From IMG/VR virus record IMGVR_UViG_3300000116_000009: a stretch of DNA of 64,000 nt; one strand, written 5' to 3'. The translations under genes were made by a program, and so were the position numbers. Below, piece after piece: positions 56,849-64,000 of the stretch. The DNA comes from an uncultured virus (IMG/VR IMGVR_UViG_3300000116_000009). Taxonomy: Duplodnaviria > Heunggongvirae > Uroviricota > Caudoviricetes. The notes beneath the pieces were generated by a model. The model had not been told where the DNA came from. It made no database searches and saw only the letters and a program-made list of their open reading frames with translations. Numbering within the stretch: position 1 is the first letter of the stretch; every line of letters starts with the position of its first letter.

Positions 56849-59800
56849 ATGGGATTTGCATATAAAAAACTAAAGCCATCTGACATACAGTCGGCACCAT
56901 ATGTTGCTAATAAGCAATATACGATACCTTCCTCATCATACCTTGATCAAGATATTACAATCTATGTAGGTGAAAACATCCCTATTACAGAAGATAATCC
57001 TTTTGATCCTATTAATGATAATAAAACTGTTGATGGAAATTATAGAAGATTAATATTCGATTCTATTAGACATTTATTCTACCAGAATTATGTTACTGAA
57101 TCAACATTAGAATATCCTTATCCTCAAAATACTAACAGGTTTTGGCATTCTTCTTCCTATGATAATTTCGAACAAACTAACATGGCATCCGGTGCCTTTG
57201 ATTCTACAATAAGGAAATTACCATTTTTTACTTCAAGTTTTTACGATTACGATGCCTCAAGTTCATTATATGATTTATCTACTTATTATGCAGAAAATAA
57301 TGCTAAAATAAGAGTTATTTCAATTCCACAAGATATATATGGAAATGGAGTAGAACCCTATTCATTTAACCTTTCAGGATCTAGTTATATCATTCAAGAT
57401 GATGGTCAAGGAAATTTATTTGACATGACTGGAGTAAGAGTACAATTTGGTACAGATGGAGGTGAGTTTGGAGGTGCTGAATATTCTTTAACTAGATATT
57501 TTGCAGATGATGCTAAAATTTATGTAGGTAATATATTTTATAACCAAGGTATAGCTACAATTACAAATGAAGAATATCTTTGTTTTGCAGATACAGAACC
57601 AGTTGCTAAAAATGATTATTACGAATTAGGGAATACCCAAGAAACAAAAATATTAGATATATTATCTAACGATTTTGACGATTGTAGTACAATTAATACT
57701 TCATCTATATCGTTAATAACAAATCCTAATTATACTTTTCCCGATAATTCTATTGTTGATGGAAAGTTAGTAGTAACCCCTAATTTATCATCTGCAATAC
57801 CAGGACAGTATGTAATTGATTATGTAGTACAAAATAATTTAGGATTAACAAGTAATACTGCATCCGTAACTTTAAATTTATCCTCAAGACCTTTATCTGC
57901 AAGTATAGATAATTTAACCCAATCATGTTGGGAAGGAAATGCATCTGCATCTGTAACATTTTCTCTTGAATTTGGTACACCTCCTTATAGTTATTCCTTA
58001 GATAATGGAAATAATTTTACTCCTGTTACAGATATATTTACTCCAATAATTTCAGCATCCGTTATACCAACAAGATCCTTAGGATTAGTTGTTAAAGACG
58101 CTGAAGGAACACTTACAGAATATCTTGAAACAGCATTATTGCCAATATCAGGTGCAATATTTTCAGAATCAGTTTCTTATTGTGGAACTGTAGGTGGTAT
58201 TTTTTATGTAAGTGGTAGTGGTAGTGGTAGTTTAGGTGGAGTATCTGCTTCAATGACATCATCCTTTTCAAATTCTGTATTATTACCTAATACATTTAGT
58301 GGAATAACAGCAGGAAATTATGATATTTATTTTGAGGATTCTAATGGATGTGTTACATCTTCAAATGTAACAATGAATACTACTCAATTTGTAACCCTTA
58401 GTTATGTTATTACTAATAATGAATGTTATAGTGGTTCATTAGGTTCTATGTATTTAAATGATTTAAATGTAATTACAGATGAAGAAATACCTATAACAGG
58501 AGGACAAGAACCATTTACATGGAGTTGGTCAGGACCTGATGGATTCACTTCATCCTCAGAAGATATTATTAATTTAAAATCAGGTTCTTATACCTTAGAT
58601 TTATATGATACAAACCAATGTACATATAGTTTTCAATATGATTTATTATCTCCGAGTATAATATCATATACTACTAGTATAGATTATTCTAATGAGAATA
58701 GTGCTTCTATTTTTATTCAAAACTTATTTGGAGGTTCACCTCCTTATAGTATTACAGCTTCTACCCCTAAATCAGAATATCTATTAACATCTTCATTAGA
58801 AAATTTTTATATAGGACTAGATGCTGACCAATTAGATTCAGGTTCAGCTAGCCTTCAAATTATTGATGATACAGGATGTACCATAGTTTCAGCTTCAGTT
58901 TTAACAGAATGGTCTTCATCGGGAGAATATGTTAGTGAATCTTTACAAATAGGGACCTCTTCAGTTCAAGAATTTTATGGTAGAACTTGGATTATAACTG
59001 GATCTTTTTGCGAAGATGGTACAGGTAGTGTAGCACAACGAAATTTAAATTTTTATACCTTATCTGGATCTTCTCACTGGGTTACAGCAAAAATACAATC
59101 TGGAAGTGAAACACCAGTTGAATTAGCAACATCAGGTAGCTTAACAGCTAGTTATGCTTGGAATACAAATGATAATCTTAAAATTTCAATATTTACTGGT
59201 TCAAATGATGCTTTTTCTCTAAGAAGAGAGTTTAATGGTGCTACAACAGAAAGTGCCTATTATATGACTGTTAATAGTTCAAGTGGTCAAAATGAATTTT
59301 ATTTAGATGGTGCTGAAACGGCATCAATAAGTCTTTATAGATCAACTCAATTCATATTTAACTTATCTGATCCAAGTAATATGGGTCATCATTTAGCATT
59401 TACAACGCAAAGCGATGGAGGTAACAACCGACCTATTTATTCTGATGGGGTACGCTATTCCGGTTTAGCTGGTTCAGGTAATGCGTTTTTAACATTTGAT
59501 GTCCCAACAACTGCACCCAATAATTTATATTATTTCTGTACCTCACACTCATTAATGGGTGGTGAAAATACAATGAGTATATTTGATAAAGCTACAACTT
59601 TAGTAACTCAAAGTAGTGTAACTGCATCCGCACTCTATTCAGGAAGTGCTCGATTAGATTATACATCCTCAAATCTAGATGTTTCTTTACCTTTTGGTTT
59701 AGATAACCCAATTCAAACTTTACACTTAACTGCTAGTAAAATTAATACAGAAGAAAATGTAACTGAAACTAACTTTATATTTGATAGACAAGTACCTTTA

Positions 59801-60505
59801 GCCAGAATTAGAGATATATTTACAGGAAGTGCTTTCCAATCAGCTATAACCTCTACAGGTAGTCTTTCGGGTATTAGTAATTTTATAGCAAGAAATAACC
59901 AATTTACAGATATTGAATATGGTAATACAGGTAGTTTTATAGGACCTAATACTTTACTATTTAGAGATACTTATGCTTTTGGGAATATATTTAATACTGT
60001 ATCAGGTAGTAGTTTAGAATATACAAATGGAAGCATATTTAGTGGATCAGTTTCTGCTAGTATATTAGGTGGAACCAATGCTACATACTTTACACAAAGA
60101 GAAGATAAATCTTGGTTATTAACTGCGGATATTGACAGTATAGATTTTCTTGAAGCATATTCATATACTAGTGCTAGTTTTTATAATAATGATCCGTTAG
60201 GTGTTAGAACAAATTTAACACCATATGATTATGAAGGTCATACTATATACGCTGCTTCACAAGCAATGCCTGAAGATTTATTTTATATAATGATTATTCG
60301 TAAGGATGAAGATGCAGAAATGAATTTACCATCTGGTATTGGTGGTGGTGAGATTTTTACAAGAAGACTTCAAATAGTAAACGATGTTAATAGAATTTAT
60401 TATTTATTCATGTCACCATCAGGATCATCGACCTCACAAACAGCTATAGATAATAGATGTGTAGCAATAGGAAAATACTTTATAGATAACGCAATCAATG
60501 GCTAA
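56849..60505 (+). CDS. large tail/baseplate adhesin with Ig-like, SprB-like and cupredoxin-like modules
   Basis: PVAKNDYY..LDILSND (Ig/cadherin-like); GG.EPFTWSWSGPDGFTSSSEDIINLKSGSYTL.L.D.NQC (SprB-like); GHHLAF..YYFCTSHSLMGG. Confidence 0.65.
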   Translation: MGFAYKKLKPSDIQSAPYVANKQYTIPSSSYLDQDITIYVGENIPITEDNPFDPINDNKTVDGNYRRLIFDSIRHLFYQNYVTESTLEYPYPQNTNRFWHSSSYDNFEQTNMASGAFDSTIRKLPFFTSSFYDYDASSSLYDLSTYYAENNAKIRVISIPQDIYGNGVEPYSFNLSGSSYIIQDDGQGNLFDMTGVRVQFGTDGGEFGGAEYSLTRYFADDAKIYVGNIFYNQGIATITNEEYLCFADTEPVAKNDYYELGNTQETKILDILSNDFDDCSTINTSSISLITNPNYTFPDNSIVDGKLVVTPNLSSAIPGQYVIDYVVQNNLGLTSNTASVTLNLSSRPLSASIDNLTQSCWEGNASASVTFSLEFGTPPYSYSLDNGNNFTPVTDIFTPIISASVIPTRSLGLVVKDAEGTLTEYLETALLPISGAIFSESVSYCGTVGGIFYVSGSGSGSLGGVSASMTSSFSNSVLLPNTFSGITAGNYDIYFEDSNGCVTSSNVTMNTTQFVTLSYVITNNECYSGSLGSMYLNDLNVITDEEIPITGGQEPFTWSWSGPDGFTSSSEDIINLKSGSYTLDLYDTNQCTYSFQYDLLSPSIISYTTSIDYSNENSASIFIQNLFGGSPPYSITASTPKSEYLLTSSLENFYIGLDADQLDSGSASLQIIDDTGCTIVSASVLTEWSSSGEYVSESLQIGTSSVQEFYGRTWIITGSFCEDGTGSVAQRNLNFYTLSGSSHWVTAKIQSGSETPVELATSGSLTASYAWNTNDNLKISIFTGSNDAFSLRREFNGATTESAYYMTVNSSSGQNEFYLDGAETASISLYRSTQFIFNLSDPSNMGHHLAFTTQSDGGNNRPIYSDGVRYSGLAGSGNAFLTFDVPTTAPNNLYYFCTSHSLMGGENTMSIFDKATTLVTQSSVTASALYSGSARLDYTSSNLDVSLPFGLDNPIQTLHLTASKINTEENVTETNFIFDRQVPLARIRDIFTGSAFQSAITSTGSLSGISNFIARNNQFTDIEYGNTGSFIGPNTLLFRDTYAFGNIFNTVSGSSLEYTNGSIFSGSVSASILGGTNATYFTQREDKSWLLTADIDSIDFLEAYSYTSASFYNNDPLGVRTNLTPYDYEGHTIYAASQAMPEDLFYIMIIRKDEDAEMNLPSGIGGGEIFTRRLQIVNDVNRIYYLFMSPSGSSTSQTAIDNRCVAIGKYFIDNAING

Positions 60506-62114
60506 TACAGGATTTAAAATTTCACCCACACTAGTACAAAGTTTTGTTACTGGACCCGAATCAGGTAGTCTAGTTTCAGGAACTTTTGGGAATTTTACTA
60601 CTCAATTAGGTGTAGCTCCTTTTAGTGCTTCATTAGATGATGAAAATTATTTTTATAGAATTATAGATGAAACAGTATGTCCTGAAGGTTTTGAAGATTG
60701 TTTAGCCCCCTTAATAACTAATGTTATTACAGGATCTTCAAAAGGTTTATTTAATGTAAATTATACATCCCCTTTATCAGATAATACTGCAATTGAGATA
60801 ACAGGATCAATTAGTCAATTTGAAGATATGTCTTCACCAGAAATATTCTCAGCATCTATAGGTGGGTTATTACCAATATCATCCTCATTTATAAGTGGAA
60901 CAGTATATTTTCAAGCATTTCAAAGTTGTAGTGGCCCAGAACATTCACCAAATAGTAATTTAGTTGAATTTACTTATGCTCCTCTTCCACCTCCAATTCC
61001 ACCCGGGACTGTAACATTACAAATCCAAAATACTCTTAATTCTCCTATTACATCAACAATAACTAGCAATGCAGGTTCAAATACCCAAAATATTGCAGCT
61101 AACCAAATTTATTCAGTTAATTTATCTCAAACAACTAAAATAAGGTTTAAAGGTGGTGGTAGTGGTACATATGGTAATAATATAATAAAAAGAATTTCAG
61201 GAGATGGAAGTAGTTTTAATATATCTGGTTTTAGTGGAAACAGTGTTTCATTTAATAATGGAGATTTTACAACAAATTTATCTAGAATAAACCCTATTAA
61301 ACCAGGAACAAGTACAACTATACGTTTTACATATTCTGTTAACACACCTCCACCACCACCACCATCAGTAGTTCAACCACCATCGGCACCTTATGTTCCA
61401 AGTCCAACAATAAGATTTGGTTCATCACCATACTCAACAGCGGATGCTGCTTGTTCAGCTCCTAGCTCTAGAAGTCAAACTTATTTTCAGTTAGGAAATA
61501 CATTATATGCCACACAAAATGATGCTATATCTCGTAACTATACTTCATATCCGAATTCTAGAAATTATATTTTAATTTCTTCTACTAAACATATGATAGT
61601 TAATGAAAGAGGATATATAATAGATTCATCAGAAAATTGCTCTTTTCCAACTATCTCCTTTTCACGATCATCTTATCCTGATCAGGAAACAGCCTGTAAA
61701 ACAAGAATAGGTAATCCTCAAACAAAACAAATAAAAGATGGTAGATTAGTAGGTTCTTCTCTTAGTGGAAGGTTTAAATTAAATACTAGTAGAGGTGGTA
61801 GCAATATTATATTAAGTGGAGGAAGGGTAATTGCTTATGAAACTTGTGGAAGCGAAGGAAGTTCAGTAACTTATACAAGATATGGGTATACAGCATCACG
61901 TCTCCAAAATCCAAGAACTTTAAAAAATGCTTGTTCTGGAGTAGGTGGAGGTAGATCATATTTTTTAGGCCCTTCTGGGATTTTATATTATGCTTCATCA
62001 GGAAGTTCAGCTTATATTCCCTTAGGATTAAATACAAGGTATTATTTTATTGGTACTACTGGATATCTTTTTAATAGAGGAAGAATAACTGGTACAATAA
62101 ATCCATGTCCATAA
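60498..62114 (+). CDS. virion protein with proline-rich linkers and Cys-containing C-terminal repeats
   Basis: APLPPPIPPG, TPPPPPPSVVQPPSAPYVPSP; three (A/T/N)AC-containing repeats; Arg-rich C-terminal half. Confidence 0.6.
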   Translation: MANTGFKISPTLVQSFVTGPESGSLVSGTFGNFTTQLGVAPFSASLDDENYFYRIIDETVCPEGFEDCLAPLITNVITGSSKGLFNVNYTSPLSDNTAIEITGSISQFEDMSSPEIFSASIGGLLPISSSFISGTVYFQAFQSCSGPEHSPNSNLVEFTYAPLPPPIPPGTVTLQIQNTLNSPITSTITSNAGSNTQNIAANQIYSVNLSQTTKIRFKGGGSGTYGNNIIKRISGDGSSFNISGFSGNSVSFNNGDFTTNLSRINPIKPGTSTTIRFTYSVNTPPPPPPSVVQPPSAPYVPSPTIRFGSSPYSTADAACSAPSSRSQTYFQLGNTLYATQNDAISRNYTSYPNSRNYILISSTKHMIVNERGYIIDSSENCSFPTISFSRSSYPDQETACKTRIGNPQTKQIKDGRLVGSSLSGRFKLNTSRGGSNIILSGGRVIAYETCGSEGSSVTYTRYGYTASRLQNPRTLKNACSGVGGGRSYFLGPSGILYYASSGSSAYIPLGLNTRYYFIGTTGYLFNRGRITGTINPCP

Positions 62115-62139
62115 TTTATAAAAAAATAAACAAATTAAT

Positions 62140-62439
62140 ATGGCATTAGCACCAGACATAAATTTATTAACTTTTAAAAATTCATATACTATATATGAAA
62201 ATGAAGTTATATGTACTATAAGTGATGGGGAATTTAATATGTCTCAAAACCCAACTATTACTACAGATACATCAGGATCTTTAAGAGATTTTGCAACAGG
62301 TTCTAGTTTTAACCCTTATGCAACAGCTATTGGTTTGTATAATGATGCCAATGAGTTGTTATTAGTAGCCAAATTAGGCCAACCAACCCCAATATCAGAT
62401 AACACTGATACAACGTTCGTTATTAGATACGATCAATAA
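62140..62439 (+). CDS. stand-alone C-terminal domain paralogous to ORF 55805
   Basis: EFNMSQNPT..YATAIGLYNDANELLLVAKLGQP aligns with DFNYSTNPS..FITTVGLYNDTNELLSVAKLSKP. Confidence 0.75.
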   Translation: MALAPDINLLTFKNSYTIYENEVICTISDGEFNMSQNPTITTDTSGSLRDFATGSSFNPYATAIGLYNDANELLLVAKLGQPTPISDNTDTTFVIRYDQ

Positions 62440-62449
62440 AAAATACAAT

Positions 62450-62920
62450 ATGTGGTTATATAAAAATAAAGTTATAGAGAGCATCGAACAGATGCCACAA
62501 AATACATTTGGATTTGTTTATGAAGCTACGTATATTTCCACTCACGAAAAATATTTAGGTAAAAAAGTATTATATTTTGAAAGAAATAAAAAACTTGGAA
62601 AAAAAGCATTAGATAATCTTCGATTAGAAAGAAAATCTAAAGGTATGGGAGGAAGAACCCCCCTTAAACAAAAAGTAGTAACAGAATCTGATTGGAAAAC
62701 TTATTATGGTTCACATTCTAAAATAAAACAATTACTATCAGAAGGTAAACATGAATTAATTGTAAGAGAAATATTAGAATTTGCATTTGATAAAAAACAC
62801 CTTACATACCTTGAAACTAAATATCAATTTTGTAATAATGTTTTAGAAAATACAGAATATATTAACGATAATATTTTAGGAAAATTCTTTAGAAAAGACT
62901 TGGTTAACCCAAATCATTAG
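62450..62920 (+). CDS. GIY-YIG nuclease (T4 DenA/Seg-like)
   Basis: FGFVYE..KYLGKK..ESDWKTYYGS..REIL..E..YINDNI. Confidence 0.75.
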   Translation: MWLYKNKVIESIEQMPQNTFGFVYEATYISTHEKYLGKKVLYFERNKKLGKKALDNLRLERKSKGMGGRTPLKQKVVTESDWKTYYGSHSKIKQLLSEGKHELIVREILEFAFDKKHLTYLETKYQFCNNVLENTEYINDNILGKFFRKDLVNPNH

Positions 62921-62932
62921 CGTATATTTACG
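62899..62932 (+). promoter_or_regulatory. early promoter for the replication genes
   Basis: CTTGG-N19-TATATTTACG; TTGG-TTAAC-CCAA hairpin; leader AAAATAGGTTATG. Confidence 0.72.
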
Positions 62933-62945
62933 CCTAAAATAGGTT

Positions 62946-63137
62946 ATGGCTAGGAAAAAAATTAAAATTGGAGACAAAGTAAAATACGATTTTATTATAT
63001 CTAAGGGTATAGGTGAATTAGTAAATATAGAAACAATAGCATATGGAACTGTATCTACTACTTGGTATTCAGTAAAAGGTGAAGATGGTACATTTTATCC
63101 TTGCCGAAAAGAAGCACTAACATTAATTGATGGTTAA
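62946..63137 (+). CDS. small SH3-like protein
   Basis: IKIGDKVKY..GIGELVNI..WYSVK. Confidence 0.65.
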   Translation: MARKKIKIGDKVKYDFIISKGIGELVNIETIAYGTVSTTWYSVKGEDGTFYPCRKEALTLIDG

Positions 63138-64000
63138 TCAAGTATTACTTGGATTAGTTCAATCCGTTTTAGGTAAAGGTAGTCCAACTGCTAGAGGAAA
63201 TCATTCTTTTACTTGTGCTTTTTGCAATCATAAAACTCCAAAATTAGAAGTAAATTTAGTTCCAAATAAAAAGAACGAAAATTTATGGCATTGTTGGGTT
63301 TGTGATGCTAAAGGTAAAACTTTATTTAGTATGTTTAAACGTTTAAAGGTATCTCCTGAAAAACGTTCTCAATTAGTAGACATATTAGGAACAACTGATA
63401 AGTATGATACTATAGTAGCTTCTACAAATGTAGATCTGCCAAAAGAATACAAGTTACTGCATAGTATATCGAAGTCTGATATAGTCGCTAGACATGCTAT
63501 AGCATACCTTAAAAAACGTGGTTTAACCATGATTGATGTACTTAAATACCAAATTGGGTATTGTGAAACAGGTAGATATGCTAATAAAGTTATCATACCT
63601 ACTTATAATGATGATGGGAAATTAGATTATTTTGTAGCGCGTTCATTTGAAAAAGAACCCCATAGAAAATATGATGCCCCTTCTTCGGATAAAAACATAA
63701 TAGGTTTTGAAAATATGATAAATTGGAATATTCCTGTTGTGTTATGTGAGGGTGCTTTTGATGCTATTGCTATTAAAAGAAATGCTATCCCCTTATTTGG
63801 TAAAAATATTTCAAGAAAATTAATGCAAAAACTAGTCATATCAGACATTAAAAAAGTTTACTTAGCTTTAGACAGTGACGCTATAAAAGCAACTTATAAA
63901 ATAGCGGAACAATTATTAAAAGCAGGTAAAAAATTATTTGTAATAGAATTAGACAATAAAGATCCAGCTGATATGGGATTTTCTTTATTTACAAATAAGA
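63130..64000 (+). CDS. DNA primase (zinc-binding + TOPRIM), truncated by window end; absent from ORF track
   Basis: read manually from ATG 63130: CAFCNH..WHCWVC, YLKKRG, VVLCEGAFDAIAI, YLALDSDA, KDPADMG; no stop before 64000. Confidence 0.88.
   Translation, partial: MVNQVLLGLVQSVLGKGSPTARGNHSFTCAFCNHKTPKLEVNLVPNKKNENLWHCWVCDAKGKTLFSMFKRLKVSPEKRSQLVDILGTTDKYDTIVASTNVDLPKEYKLLHSISKSDIVARHAIAYLKKRGLTMIDVLKYQIGYCETGRYANKVIIPTYNDDGKLDYFVARSFEKEPHRKYDAPSSDKNIIGFENMINWNIPVVLCEGAFDAIAIKRNAIPLFGKNISRKLMQKLVISDIKKVYLALDSDAIKATYKIAEQLLKAGKKLFVIELDNKDPADMGFSLFTNK

Noticed and set aside
62450..62920. Mobile homing endonuclease or intron
   Set aside because: Short GIY-YIG protein without C-terminal DNA-binding repeats and no interrupted host gene or intron structure; more like DenA.
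63369..63848. Minus-strand ORFs 63369-63596 and 63627-63848
   Set aside because: Antisense to the clear + strand primase.
1..64000. Prophage or cellular chromosome origin
   Set aside because: No integrase, att site, rRNA or housekeeping operons; uniform strand, dense small ORFs and a T4-like baseplate indicate a large phage genome segment, probably lytic.

Overview
A 64 kb segment of a large, strongly AT-rich tailed dsDNA phage. It is probably a T4-like myovirus (gp25- and gp6-like baseplate proteins, gp55-like late sigma factor, primase), and essentially all genes are on the + strand. Several independent signals point to a Bacteroidota/Flavobacteriia host: a DUF4494-like gene, TTG/TAnnTTG-type promoters, lipoproteins with a K-(D/E)2 export signal, SprB-like repeats and A-rich leaders without normally spaced Shine-Dalgarno sites. 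Layout: (1) 0-9 kb, envelope/lysis and accessory genes (outer-membrane beta-barrel, lipoprotein, amidase, DUF932, SWIM, lysozyme-like). (2) 9-28.5 kb, three paralogous giant Kelch-like proteins (24+18+24 blades = 4+3+4 six-bladed propellers). They are flanked upstream by a PAPS-synthesis/sulfotransferase cassette and downstream by five 2OG-Fe(II) oxygenases, a GT9-like glycosyltransferase, a NodU/CmcH carbamoyltransferase and a flavodoxin-fold reductase; this is the candidate virion-fibre decoration system. (3) 28.5-38 kb, small early genes behind repeated promoter-hairpin-leader cassettes, a tRNA-Gln(UUG), a repeat-rich non-coding stretch and a 110 bp GC-rich palindrome island. (4) 38-62.4 kb, glutaredoxin, HD hydrolase, late sigma factor and baseplate/tail module. 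(5) GIY-YIG nuclease and a primase that runs off the window end. All functional calls come from motif recognition by eye, not database searches.
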